64,000 nucleotides of DNA from Minisyncoccia bacterium (GCA_049287305.1 JBAQFO010000009.1:108558-172557), one strand, 5' to 3'; counted from the stretch's first letter, positions 9,468-22,521 are shown. Translations and numbers: made by a program. The notes: a model not told the origin generated them from the letters alone.

Positions 9468-12452
9468 TTAAGGCTTGTATACGGCCGACATTTTGCAATA
9501 TTCGCAGACAGTTCCCTTTCCGTAAGAATTGTAATTGCAAGGTCTATCTACCCATTCGCCAGACTTTAACAAGCTTTCATAATCTCGGATATCTTTCACC
9601 AAGAGGTCTATTTGTTCTTCCCCCACATGAGTTGCGAATAGAGCGTTTTTATCGCCCTTTTTAGCTTCCAGAAATAATAGTCTGGACTCGGAAACGGTCT
9701 TGCCTTTTTCGGCTCCCTTTATTAAATAAGAGTACATCGCAAGTTGTCTCATTAAAGAAGACAACCTCCCCTCTTCATCTGTTTTTTCAATAGCGTTTTT
9801 GGTTTTAACACTTCCGGTCTTAAAATCCGTAATAACTATTTCTCCGTCAGGCATTCGCTCGGTTAAATCCAGCTTGCCATACATTAGTAGTTCCGGAAAG
9901 TCTGGGGAACGAAACTGAACGGATCTCTCAGATGTATAATCTTTTGCCAGGTCTTTGTAGTAGACTTCAATCCATCCCGCGACGGCACTCTCCGCGTCCT
10001 TGGCAAGCTTTTTAAGCTCAGTTTCACTACTCACCCCTTCCTCTACCAGTGCATTTGATATTTTTTCTTTTATAAAAGATTCTTTAGGCAGAGAACCGTT
10101 TTTCAAGATAAATTCTATAGCACCATGCACCGCTGAACCAAGCGCAAGCGACGCTCCCTTTATCTCGGGCAATTTTAAAAAATTTCGGAAATACCACTTC
10201 CACGGACATTCAAAGAAGTTATTCAAGAGAGACACCGACACCCTGCTCTCGGTATAATTATCCTTCACAAAATCTTTTATCTCTTCGAGCATGTTTTCTT
10301 CGCCCTTTTCAGAAAGAGCGGTATATATTTCCGGTCCGTTAGACAAAATTTCTTTTTCGGTATCTTCTTTTGATTTTCTCATAAAATGCGTTTCCGGCAA
10401 TTCCCGTATAATCTGCGCCAGTTCCATTTCTCCTCCTTTGTAATTTTCTTCCGCATAAGATATGTTACAAAATTCTTTAGCCCTGGTTATTGCTACATAT
10501 AGTTCTCTTTTAGTGGATTCTATGTCGCGGTCCGCCATATGCGTTTTTATTTTTTCAGGCAAGGTAAAACCATTCCGTTTCTCGGACATTACCACTTCCT
10601 CGTTCATGTGCGCAATCCATACAGCTTTATATTCCAATCCCTTTGATTTATGCAGAGTCATAACCTGTATCCCCGACCCTCCGCTAAAAGTCGCCACTCC
10701 GATATGGCTACCGTAATTTTCTAATCTTTTAAGATATTTCAGAAAGTCGGATAGTTTTTTATTTTTATTCTTCTCTTCAAATAGCAGTGCCAAATTTATA
10801 AAGCTTCTGACCACTTCCACGTTCCGCACCAACTCTTCGTGGCTTTTGGATTGTTTTATGAGAAATTCATTGCCCACGAAACTCACCGCAAAAGAAAGAT
10901 TCTCTGAAGAAAGCATATCTACCGATTCTTTTAATTTATTACCCCATTTGGCTACCGGATTTTCTCCCGCGAAAAGTCCGGCATCACTTCCATAATTTAT
11001 CAAATCTTCCGGGTTTATTTTATCGGGTTTTACGGATTTCAAAAACTTGTGCGCCAAAAAAGCTGGGACCCCGGAATATTTATCCAGTAAAGACGCGGAA
11101 ATAGATATGGAATCAAATGGATTCGCGACAATATTCAAAACATCAAGCAAACTTTGAGTTGACGATACGTCAAACAAAGAAAGGTTTTTCCCGGCTGACA
11201 CGGGCACCCCCATGTTGTGGAGAATTTCAAGCGCACTTCTAACCTGATAATTTTTCGGCACAAGAAGCGCGCATTCTTCCGGCTTCACCCCTTCTGCAAT
11301 TTTGTCTTTAAAATATAGCCCTGCTCCCAGTATCTCATCCCGAGGATAAGCATATTCCGAAAGATATATTTTATCTTCCCCTGTTGTATTGCTCAGTAAT
11401 TTTTCTTTGGTAATGGAACTTTGGAGCAAGTCGTCAGCCAAGGACAAAATTTTCTCCGTGGAACGATAATTTTCTATAAGAGTTATCAGCTTTGCCTTAC
11501 CGAAAATATGGGAAAATTCTTCAAAATAAGAAAGCGAGGCTCCTGAAAATCCGTATATGAGCTGGCGGTCATCGCCCACCACAAAAATGTTTGGTAATTC
11601 TGTTTCTTTCCAAACGGCCTTTAGAAAATTATTCTGAACATTGCTTGAATCTTGATGTTCGTCTACTAAAACATATTGATAAGCTTCATACACATCAGCA
11701 CGCACATCTTCAAATTCCTCAGCCAGTTTTACTGAATATTCCAAAATATCGTCATAGTCCATGAATCCTTCTTCTAACTTTTTAGCTTCGTATCTTCGGT
11801 AAAATTCCACAACTTCCCGCGTTCTCTCTAAAGATTCTATTCTGGTTATAATTTCTTTTTTTAATTGCCCCTTTGTGTCCCCGCGCGAAGAAATACTTTC
11901 GGGGGCGTTTGTTAGCTCGGCAATATCATTTTCCACGTGAACCAAAAGCTCTTCCGGGGTAAGTCTTTCCCTCTTTAACAGAGATATCAGGTGCTTCAAA
12001 TCATTGAAATACATTTCGGGGTTGGCCCGTGGACGAAGATGTCGCCATTCGTTATTCTGTAAAATCTCGTCAATTAAAAATACTCCTTCCGCGTCGGACA
12101 ACAGTCGTGGCATTGTCTTAAATCCTAAGTTTTCATAATGCTTCTCAACAAGCTCTATGCCGAAGCTGTGAAATGTGGAAATATGAACCTTGTCGGCAAG
12201 CGCTCCTATATATTCGCGCAGGCGATTCTTCATGGCTTTTACCCCTGAGTTCGTGAACGTCAAGCATAAAATTTCATCGGCATTATGGTCGGGCTGCTTT
12301 AAAATATTGGCAATGCGGAGAGCCAGTATTTGAGTCTTCCCGGTTCCCGGACCCGCAACAACCATAACTGGTCCGTCAATGGTATCCACAGCCTCCTTTT
12401 GAGCTTTGTTTAATTTTTTATATTCTTCGTTAAAGGTCTTTTCGGAAACCAT
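9468..12452 (-). CDS. UvrD/PcrA-family superfamily-1 DNA helicase fused to a C-terminal PD-(D/E)xK (RecB/AddA-like) nuclease domain
   Basis: Walker A (VVAGPGTGKTQIL), the helicase motifs, and a C-terminus with ...GKLDLTERMPDGEIVITDFKTG... and a terminal Cys cluster (CNYNSYGKGTVCEYC), as in AddA/AddB nuclease domains. Confidence 0.8.
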   Translation of the reverse strand: MVSEKTFNEEYKKLNKAQKEAVDTIDGPVMVVAGPGTGKTQILALRIANILKQPDHNADEILCLTFTNSGVKAMKNRLREYIGALADKVHISTFHSFGIELVEKHYENLGFKTMPRLLSDAEGVFLIDEILQNNEWRHLRPRANPEMYFNDLKHLISLLKRERLTPEELLVHVENDIAELTNAPESISSRGDTKGQLKKEIITRIESLERTREVVEFYRRYEAKKLEEGFMDYDDILEYSVKLAEEFEDVRADVYEAYQYVLVDEHQDSSNVQNNFLKAVWKETELPNIFVVGDDRQLIYGFSGASLSYFEEFSHIFGKAKLITLIENYRSTEKILSLADDLLQSSITKEKLLSNTTGEDKIYLSEYAYPRDEILGAGLYFKDKIAEGVKPEECALLVPKNYQVRSALEILHNMGVPVSAGKNLSLFDVSSTQSLLDVLNIVANPFDSISISASLLDKYSGVPAFLAHKFLKSVKPDKINPEDLINYGSDAGLFAGENPVAKWGNKLKESVDMLSSENLSFAVSFVGNEFLIKQSKSHEELVRNVEVVRSFINLALLFEEKNKNKKLSDFLKYLKRLENYGSHIGVATFSGGSGIQVMTLHKSKGLEYKAVWIAHMNEEVVMSEKRNGFTLPEKIKTHMADRDIESTKRELYVAITRAKEFCNISYAEENYKGGEMELAQIIRELPETHFMRKSKEDTEKEILSNGPEIYTALSEKGEENMLEEIKDFVKDNYTESRVSVSLLNNFFECPWKWYFRNFLKLPEIKGASLALGSAVHGAIEFILKNGSLPKESFIKEKISNALVEEGVSSETELKKLAKDAESAVAGWIEVYYKDLAKDYTSERSVQFRSPDFPELLMYGKLDLTERMPDGEIVITDFKTGSVKTKNAIEKTDEEGRLSSLMRQLAMYSYLIKGAEKGKTVSESRLLFLEAKKGDKNALFATHVGEEQIDLLVKDIRDYESLLKSGEWVDRPCNYNSYGKGTVCEYCKMSAVYKP

Positions 12453-12467
12453 AAATATATTATATAC

Positions 12468-13391
12468 CTATATCTTCTTAGGAAATATAAACGACAGGGC
12501 GATAGATGCGCATAGCGCGAACATTATTACCCCGAAAGAAACAAAGGATGAAACGTGAAGTCCAAATATTCCCGAAAGCATCTTGAGCCCGATAAACAAA
12601 AGGATGACGGCAAGCCCTTTTTGCAAATGGTGGAAACGATGCAGAACGTTTTCCAAGAGAAAAAAAAGCGCCCGAAGACCCATAATAGCGAAGATGTTGG
12701 AAGTAAAAACTACGAACAAGTTCTGAGATATGGAAAACACCGCCGGAATAGAATCAACCGCAAAAATAATATCGGTTGCTTCCACCATGAGAACAACCAT
12801 AAAGAGAGATGTAAAATAAAATTTTCCGTTTTCCATGAAAAAGAATTTGCCTCCGTGGTGGGTATCGGTAAAGGGAAATATTTTGTGGGCAAATTTTATG
12901 ATTCTATTCTTCTTGAAATCAATGTGTTCTTCTTTTTTCTGCCACAGTAACTTTACCCCCGTATAAAACAATATGGCTCCAAAAATATACAACACCCAGT
13001 GAAACTGTTCTATTATGAATGCGCCCGCCGTAATAAAAACTCCTCGGAATACTATCGCGCCCAGTATCCCCCAAAACAGCGCTTTATGATGGTATTTTTC
13101 TTCCAGTTTAAAGTAGCTGAAAATAAGCATTATCACAAAGAGGTTATCCACTGAAAGCATTTTTTCCGTGACGTATGCGCTAAAAAATTCAACGGCGGTT
13201 TGTTTGTCTATGAAAAAAAATATTAAAGCTCCGAATATAATAGAAACAGCTATCCAAAATATGGATTGATAGAGAGCAGGTTTAAATTCTATTTTATGGC
13301 TTTTTTTGTTGAAAAACCCCAAGTCTGCCACAAGGAATCCCGTGACCACCACACCGAATAAGATTGTAAGTATCGTTTGTGCTTCCATCAC
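12468..13391 (-). CDS. TerC-family integral membrane protein
   Basis: Multiple TM helices and the TerC signature EKMLSVDNLFVIMLIF. Confidence 0.75.
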   Translation of the reverse strand: MMEAQTILTILFGVVVTGFLVADLGFFNKKSHKIEFKPALYQSIFWIAVSIIFGALIFFFIDKQTAVEFFSAYVTEKMLSVDNLFVIMLIFSYFKLEEKYHHKALFWGILGAIVFRGVFITAGAFIIEQFHWVLYIFGAILFYTGVKLLWQKKEEHIDFKKNRIIKFAHKIFPFTDTHHGGKFFFMENGKFYFTSLFMVVLMVEATDIIFAVDSIPAVFSISQNLFVVFTSNIFAIMGLRALFFLLENVLHRFHHLQKGLAVILLFIGLKMLSGIFGLHVSSFVSFGVIMFALCASIALSFIFPKKI

Positions 13392-14143
13392 GACATCTTA
13401 CCAAATTTACCAACCTTTGTCCTATTAATAGAATACGCCAAAGCCGGAACTCCGACCTTCTCTCCAAGGCTATGGGCTATCCCTCGCACATATGTCCCAC
13501 TTCCGCATTTCACTTTGAAGCTTGCAATGAAATATTCTCTGGATTCACCCCCGAGAAATTTATCCCACATATTTAAAATCTCTTCCTGACGGAAATCGCC
13601 CCTAACCTTGCTTATCCTTTTATGCACATTGGCCAAAAGTTTATTGGAATTTATTTTTCTAATCTTTAAAAACTTAAGTTTTTTAACTATTATTTCTCTC
13701 GTCTGCGTCTCCACCCCCTTCCCGTCCCGGGCATATTGGAATAACGGTTTTCCTTTTACTGTTTTGGAAGAATAGGCCGGATACGCTTGCGTAAATTTCC
13801 CAATAAAAAACTTCAAATTCTTTTTGGTCAATTTCTCCAATTCTGACATTTTAATATTCTTAAGAATGTTAGAATGTGATATTTTGCCGAGGATGTCGTA
13901 GGTGTCTGTGGCAGCCCCGAATAGCACTTCAAATTCATATTCTTTATCCAAGCCCAGATACTTCTCTTTATTCTTTACTTCCTCGCCTGCAAGCACAAGC
14001 AAAACTCCGTTTGCCATCGGGTCCAGCCGACCCGCATAGGTCATTTTAGCCTCCTTGTAACCCTGGTGTTTTCGGCGAAATTCCTCCAGCGCCTCAAGTG
14101 GAGTTTCACCTTCTTTTTTATTTAGGACAATAATTTTTTTCAT
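13388..14143 (-). CDS. truB: tRNA pseudouridine(55) synthase TruB
   Basis: Catalytic-Asp motif region YAGRLDPMANGVLLVL (compare TruB HGGTLDPLATGVL) and the expected size. Overlaps the upstream TerC-family gene by 4 nt. Confidence 0.8.
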   Translation of the reverse strand: MKKIIVLNKKEGETPLEALEEFRRKHQGYKEAKMTYAGRLDPMANGVLLVLAGEEVKNKEKYLGLDKEYEFEVLFGAATDTYDILGKISHSNILKNIKMSELEKLTKKNLKFFIGKFTQAYPAYSSKTVKGKPLFQYARDGKGVETQTREIIVKKLKFLKIRKINSNKLLANVHKRISKVRGDFRQEEILNMWDKFLGGESREYFIASFKVKCGSGTYVRGIAHSLGEKVGVPALAYSINRTKVGKFGKMS

Positions 14144-14150
14144 TTACTTT

Positions 14151-14236
14151 GCGGAGGGTAGGAGATTCGAACTCCTGGTGGATTGCTCCACACACGCTTT
14201 CCAAGCGTGCGCACTAGACCGCTATGCGAACCCTCC
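14151..14236 (-). tRNA. tRNA-Ser (anticodon GGA), type II with long variable arm
   Basis: Hand-folded: acceptor GGAGGGT/ACCCTCC, anticodon stem CACGC/GCGTG with loop TTGGAAA (anticodon GGA), variable arm, T-arm AGGAG-TTCGAAT-CTCCT, discriminator G. No encoded CCA. Confidence 0.85.
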
Positions 14237-14270
14237 GTTATTACCATCTTTATACACAAACAACTAAAAG

Positions 14271-14321
14271 CGCTTTCCAAGTCTATATCCCTTCGGCACT
14301 AGACCGCTATGCGAACCCTCC
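14271..14321 (-). pseudogene. Partial duplicate of the tRNA-Ser(GGA) 5' half (acceptor 5' strand, D-arm and anticodon loop/3' stem)
   Basis: gcactagaccgctatgcgaaccctcc (14296-14321) is identical to 14211-14236 and cgctttccaag (14271-14281) is identical to 14196-14206, with 14 unrelated nt replacing the 5' anticodon-stem strand. There is no T-arm or 3' acceptor. Confidence 0.55.
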
Positions 14322-14330
14322 AAACATTAA

Positions 14331-17537
<3,207 letters not shown>

Positions 17538-17550
<13 letters not shown>

Positions 17551-18134
17551 TTAAACAACAACTCTGACAGCTCTATATCATAATTCCCGGAACCTTGCTT
17601 CCAAGAAACCGTGGAAAAAATTTTCACTTCATTGGGATTAGCGCCAGCAACATATCTTATTTTTCTAACAAAACCGGAAAGTTGCCCGGTATATCCGTAC
17701 TGCCCAGAAGTAGAGTCGTAACGAAGTTCCGGACAACCACCTGAAGGGCAAGCTTGAAAGGCTATGTCTAAAACAGGCTGGGAGTTATCGGTAAAGTTCA
17801 AGTTGTCGGCATTATAGTAACATCCCGGAGCAAGTTCGCAGGAAGCTAGATTGGTTTTAAATTCATTCCAGCCCGCGGTTGCGGATGTGGCGTGATAAAT
17901 GACGTAAGTATCTCTTTTGTTTCTTGTAAATTCTACCGCCTCTTGGGCCAAATATCCTGCCAGTATTTTCTTTTTTGCATATCCGGTATCTGAAATACCT
18001 TGGCTTAACGCCACCAAAAGTCCTAAAATGGATATTGTGAAAATTGAGATAGCCACCAATGTTTCCACCAAAGTGAAACCTTTTGTTGCTTCTCCTCCCC
18101 TATTTTTATTTTTTTGTTTAAAAAATTTATACAT
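17538..18134 (-). CDS. Type IV minor pilin (prepilin-type N-terminal cleavage/methylation domain)
   Basis: KGFTLVETLVAISIFTISILGLL is a class III signal peptide with Glu5. Confidence 0.75.
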
Positions 18135-18140
18135 GATATT

Positions 18141-18728
18141 TTAAATATCTACCGCCCGTTGCGACACGGCAGTTTGTAAATAAAAAGGGGTAGTCGCATT
18201 GTCTTTAAGTGTTATTTTTCCGGAAATTTTAATGAAGATAAGCGGTTGTTGCGTATTTCCGGGCGGAGGTTCAGCACCCAAAATAGAAAAGGAAAATTTT
18301 TCAACCTCCACCTCGGCCGGAGTAAGCGGGAAAATAGTGGCGCCGTCGGTTGATTTTTTAATAATTCCGTTTTCCACGTAATAAACCCACTGGTCAGTGT
18401 TGTCGTCCGGGTCGCCATTTTCTGCCTCAAAAGCAATCCCGACAACCCCATCTTCACAACTTCGAGCAGTAAAAGGCTGGGGAAGAGATGCTTGGTTTGC
18501 GACAAGGCAGTGATAGTTATACCCCGTTCGGAGACTTCTAGAAATGTCCTCCATCACAAAACTCAGGTTATCCATAATGGACCTCATGCCTTGGGATTTT
18601 TTGTGTAACAAGTTGGCGTTAAGCAAGGCGCCCATCCCAAGCATCACAATAATGACAAACAACGAAACAGCTATCATTGTTTCTATAATCGTATACCCGG
18701 ATTCTTTTTTTATAGTTTTTTTCGGCAT
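18141..18728 (-). CDS. Type IV minor pilin (PilW/PilV-like)
   Basis: SGYTIIETMIAVSLFVIIVML is a prepilin N-terminal motif with Glu5. Confidence 0.75.
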   Translation of the reverse strand: MPKKTIKKESGYTIIETMIAVSLFVIIVMLGMGALLNANLLHKKSQGMRSIMDNLSFVMEDISRSLRTGYNYHCLVANQASLPQPFTARSCEDGVVGIAFEAENGDPDDNTDQWVYYVENGIIKKSTDGATIFPLTPAEVEVEKFSFSILGAEPPPGNTQQPLIFIKISGKITLKDNATTPFYLQTAVSQRAVDI

Positions 18729-18734
18729 GTTAAA

Positions 18735-19346
18735 TTAATCTACTTCCACTCTTCCAGAACGATACACCTTAATCAAGGCTTGCACCCCCTTGGGAGACTC
18801 AACCGTTATCTGAACATAGTCCGCATTATTATATTTCGTACCCCCAGAAAGTAGTCCTGAGGCTAAAGTTGCAGCAGAGCCAATCCTGGAGAAACTTATC
18901 GTTAGATCTTCCAGGGCAGTGCTCGTGTTGTCCTGGAAGTGAACAGCCAATCCCTTAATGAAGTTATTTTTTGTAATGGAAACCTTGCTCAAACACTCAC
19001 TAGTGCAGTCGGTTCCTTCAAAAAAATTCTGATTGTCTAAGTCGGCGAAGTAAATAAAGCTCTTGTTGAGGGACGCAGGGTTGATATCAAAATAAACCCC
19101 ATAAGCAGGCTTCCAGGTAGCCGGTGCGCCTGAAGGAGGAATAAACCCCGAAAGGGATGATTTTTGCGCTTCTACTATTTTCAGAGCTATGTCATTTGCT
19201 AAATTATTTACATCCACCCGAGCTTGAAAATCCCCATAATTAAACATCGCAACCGTGGACACAACGGAAAAAATACTTAGAACAACGATTATCTCCACAT
19301 ACGTCATCCCCTTATTCTTTTTTAGCTTGGATACAAATATATTCAT
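18735..19346 (-). CDS. Type IV minor pilin (FimT/PilE-like). The start is set to the internal ATG that abuts the pilD stop
   Basis: ...KGMTYVEIIVVLSIFSVVSTVAM is a prepilin motif. The listed ORF start at 19391 would overlap pilD by 44 nt, so MNIFVSKLKKNKGMTYVE at 19346 is more plausible. Confidence 0.65.
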   Translation of the reverse strand: MNIFVSKLKKNKGMTYVEIIVVLSIFSVVSTVAMFNYGDFQARVDVNNLANDIALKIVEAQKSSLSGFIPPSGAPATWKPAYGVYFDINPASLNKSFIYFADLDNQNFFEGTDCTSECLSKVSITKNNFIKGLAVHFQDNTSTALEDLTISFSRIGSAATLASGLLSGGTKYNNADYVQITVESPKGVQALIKVYRSGRVEVD

Positions 19347-19347
19347 A

Positions 19348-20136
19348 TTAAAAAAGGTGCAGGTCCATAAGAAATGCGAGCAGTACTCCAAGCGCTAAAT
19401 AGGGAGCAAAAGGAATTTCGCTTTTAAATTTATAATGCTTTGAAAAAATTATAAGCAGAAGTCCTGCGACAGCACCAATCCAAAAAGCAACAATTACGCC
19501 GGAAATCGCAAGTGAAAATCCCGTCAGCCAACCCAACCCAACAAGCAGCTTCGCGTCGCCAAGCCCCATCCATCTTCCGGAAGACACAAGCCACAACAAA
19601 GCAAAGGGCGCCGCAATGAGGGGACCTGACAAAAATTGCATTAAATATGGTAGGTGGAAATATGGCAATAAATTGCCCGAATTATCAAAGAAAAACAACC
19701 CAATAAAGCCGACAATACCTAAGGTTAGGGATAGAGCATCCGGAATTATTTTATGCTTTAAGTCATAAGCGGATATCACCACCAGAAGAGAGAAGGCCAA
19801 TGTGTAGAAGGCATAAGTAACCGCAAACGCATAAGTGGAGATAAAGAAAATATCTTGAAACTTTAAAAATAAAGCGGCAAAAATAATTCCTACGGCAAGC
19901 TCCACCAGCGGGTACTGAATTGAAATTTTTGTTTTACAATTTCTACATCTCCCCAACAACCCTACATAACTAAACAGAGGAATAAGCTCAACCCAAGAAA
20001 GCTGGTTGCGACACGACATGCACGCGCTTCGTCCGCCAAAAGATTTTTTTGTATGCAACCGCAAGATTACCACATTCAAAAAACTTCCAATAATTAGACC
20101 CAGGACAAAGAAAATAAATGTAATAGCGGTAATCAT
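19348..20136 (-). CDS. pilD: Prepilin peptidase / N-methyltransferase PilD (A24 family). Start set to the internal ATG (MITAIT...)
   Basis: IIGSFLNVVILRL...CMSCRNQLSWVELIPLFSY (zinc-ribbon Cys pairs) and a multi-TM body. The ORF extends to 20190, but that would overlap pilA1. Confidence 0.8.
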   Translation of the reverse strand: MITAITFIFFVLGLIIGSFLNVVILRLHTKKSFGGRSACMSCRNQLSWVELIPLFSYVGLLGRCRNCKTKISIQYPLVELAVGIIFAALFLKFQDIFFISTYAFAVTYAFYTLAFSLLVVISAYDLKHKIIPDALSLTLGIVGFIGLFFFDNSGNLLPYFHLPYLMQFLSGPLIAAPFALLWLVSSGRWMGLGDAKLLVGLGWLTGFSLAISGVIVAFWIGAVAGLLLIIFSKHYKFKSEIPFAPYLALGVLLAFLMDLHLF

Positions 20137-20140
20137 AAAT

Positions 20141-20614
20141 TTAATTGCACAAATATGTGGCCGGGTTAATCGCTGAGCCGACGACGGCATTCACCACCTT
20201 AGCTGCTCCTCGATTGTCTACACACCATGATGTATTGGGAGTTTGGGTCAAACCCACTGCAATCGCCCAGTTGTCTTTGGAATTATAGCAAGAGTTGCCA
20301 TTTCCCCTTTTGGTGGCTTCTGTCACAGAATCTGCAACAACCTTATTTGCAGAAAACATACTGGTTCCTGAGATATTATAGGAGGGACAAACCCCGGTCA
20401 CATTGCTGCCTCCGGCAGGCAAATACGAACTTCCATTATCCAAATAGAAAATTTCCGACTGATTAACAATTGTCCGGAGGTTGGATTTTACCGCCGCGTC
20501 ATTACCTTTTCCTTTTGCGGCACTAAGCGACACTAAGACAACCGACGCCAATATCCCAATGATAGCAACAACCACCAAGAGTTCAATCAGCGTAAAACCT
20601 TTCTTTAAATTCAT
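20141..20614 (-). CDS. pilA: Type IV major pilin (PilA-like), paralog 1
   Basis: MNLKKGFTLIELLVVVAIIGILASVVL is a canonical class III leader plus N-terminal helix with Glu5. The C-terminus carries a Cys pair. Confidence 0.85.
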   Translation of the reverse strand: MNLKKGFTLIELLVVVAIIGILASVVLVSLSAAKGKGNDAAVKSNLRTIVNQSEIFYLDNGSSYLPAGGSNVTGVCPSYNISGTSMFSANKVVADSVTEATKRGNGNSCYNSKDNWAIAVGLTQTPNTSWCVDNRGAAKVVNAVVGSAINPATYLCN

Positions 20615-20673
20615 TTTATATAGATAATATTATAATAAAATTCCTCATTATATTGTAACATATTCCGCCAAAA

Positions 20674-20712
20674 CAAAAACCACTCAAAGCCATGGCTTTG
20701 AGTGGTTTTTTT
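20674..20712. terminator. Bidirectional rho-independent terminator between the pilin paralogs
   Basis: Perfect palindrome aaccactcaaagcc-atgg-ctttgagtggtt with A-run 5' and T-run 3'. Confidence 0.6.
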
Positions 20713-20732
20713 ATACACAAACTAAACACTTA

Positions 20733-21149
20733 CTAACAAGCTGTAGTGGCTGTGTTTCCTGTTCTTTCTTTGGAAGCGCCTGTTGAATCCACGCACCAAG
20801 ATTGAGCTGGAACTGTCTTCAAAGGAACAGCTGCTGCCCAAGCGGAAGTACTGTCAAGGCAAAAAGTTGCTCCACCGCTAGCTTGACCCGCTGCAGCAAG
20901 CGCTGCAAGTATATTGGTGTTCGCACATACTCCATCATAACCAACGCTGTCTGTAGGAGTTTCTACTGTATCATAAATCAATTCTGCTTGTGCGCGCATA
21001 TTGGCCAAGTTTGCTTTTACTGCAGCGTCAGCGCCTTTTGCACGCGCTGAGTTCAATGACGCAAGCACCACCGACGCCAATATCCCAATGATAGCAACAA
21101 CCACCAAGAGTTCAATCAGCGTAAAACCTTTCTTTAAATTCATTTTCAT
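20733..21149 (-). CDS. pilA: Type IV major pilin (PilA-like), paralog 2
   Basis: MKMNLKKGFTLIELLVVVAIIGILASVVLAS. The first ~26 codons are nucleotide-identical to paralog 1 and the C-terminal domain diverges. Confidence 0.85.
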   Translation of the reverse strand: MKMNLKKGFTLIELLVVVAIIGILASVVLASLNSARAKGADAAVKANLANMRAQAELIYDTVETPTDSVGYDGVCANTNILAALAAAGQASGGATFCLDSTSAWAAAVPLKTVPAQSWCVDSTGASKERTGNTATTAC

Positions 21150-21312
21150 AATAATTTTTTAATCTTTCAGCCTTTCAGGCCGAACCGCCCATTAGATTAC
21201 GGACGGAAAATAATAATAAAATTCGACTTATTTTTAATGTATTTATTATAGCATATAGCTAAAAATCCATCCGCAAGTCAGTTATCCACAGCTACCCGTA
21301 GAACTGAAAAAT

Positions 21313-22521
21313 CTAGCTAATGCTTCCAGCCATATTGTAGATAGGCATCAGAACGGAAACCAACAGCACCCCAACGCCTAATCCGAGCACAACAATCATC
21401 ACAGGCTCAATAAGGCCTACTAGAGTATCCACCGCATCATCTACTTCTCTTTTGTAAAAATCTGTCATAGTTTTCAAAATAGACCCGAGAGAGCCGGTTT
21501 CTTCTCCTACCATCACCATCTGCACCATAATAGGCGGTATGTGTTCGCTATGCTTTTCAAATGCAGCCGAAAGAGCAAGTCCAGATTTAACCCCCTCTGC
21601 CACTTCCACTAATAGATTTTTATAAACCAGACTCCCCACAACTTCTGCGGTAATGTCTATGGCTCGGACAATAGGCACACCCGAAGAAAGCATGGTGTTT
21701 AAGTTGTCTGTTATTCTGGAAAGATACAATTTCTTATATAAGTCACCAACAGCGGGCACGGAAAGTCTCAATGAGTCCAGATATACTTTCCCTTTTGGGG
21801 TTGTGGTTAATCGCCACACCCAGATAGCCAAAAGCACCAGGAAAATAAGAGCGAAAAAACCATAGTTAACAAAGAAGCTGGAAATACCAATAATTATTTT
21901 GGTAAAGAACGGCACTTCTTGTCCAGAGTCCATAATAATAGCCGCCAGTTTCGGGATGACAACGGTAAACATCAAAGTCATCACGACAAAAAAAGTAATA
22001 ACAACAAAAACTGGGTAGATGAGAGCGTTCTTGGTTTTAGAAGTGAGGGCGTATTGACGGTCTAAATATTCAGCCAAATGCAAAAAAGTTAAGTTTAATT
22101 TTCCGGTTTCTTCTCCCACCTTTACCATGTTTATGTAAAAATCAGAAAACACGTCAGGGTGTCGGGCGAGCGCGCCCGAAATGGAAACCCCGGCTTCCAA
22201 ATCATCCCCTATTTGGGTAAGCTTGCGTCCCAAGAATTTATTCTCGGTGTTTGTGGCAAGCATTGTGAAAGATTTAAGAGCCGAAACTTGCGCTTCAAAT
22301 AAAGTTGCTATTTGGCGTGACAAAACCACCACATCTTTAGCCTTTACTCTTTCAAAGAAAGACATTTGAAAGATGGATTTTTTCTCGGCTTCTTCGTTGA
22401 TAGAAAGAATCACCAGCCCTCGGCGCTGGAGTCCGCTAATGGCTATGTCTTGGTTTGGAGCGTCAATTTCTCCTTCTTTGTTTGCTCCTTCCGCGTCTAT
22501 GGCTTTGTATTTGAATAACAT
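21313..22521 (-). CDS. pilC: Type IV pilus inner-membrane platform protein PilC (GspF family)
   Basis: Duplicated GspF domains (…FSDFYINMVKVGEETGKL… and …IMVQMVMVGEETGSL…) and 3 TM segments. Confidence 0.85.
   Translation of the reverse strand: MLFKYKAIDAEGANKEGEIDAPNQDIAISGLQRRGLVILSINEEAEKKSIFQMSFFERVKAKDVVVLSRQIATLFEAQVSALKSFTMLATNTENKFLGRKLTQIGDDLEAGVSISGALARHPDVFSDFYINMVKVGEETGKLNLTFLHLAEYLDRQYALTSKTKNALIYPVFVVITFFVVMTLMFTVVIPKLAAIIMDSGQEVPFFTKIIIGISSFFVNYGFFALIFLVLLAIWVWRLTTTPKGKVYLDSLRLSVPAVGDLYKKLYLSRITDNLNTMLSSGVPIVRAIDITAEVVGSLVYKNLLVEVAEGVKSGLALSAAFEKHSEHIPPIMVQMVMVGEETGSLGSILKTMTDFYKREVDDAVDTLVGLIEPVMIVVLGLGVGVLLVSVLMPIYNMAGSIS

Noticed and set aside
9340-9477. 45-aa plus-strand hydrophobic micro-ORF between trhO and the helicase gene
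   Set aside because: No RBS, opposite orientation to all neighbours, and the region is more simply the helicase 3' UTR plus the trhO promoter.
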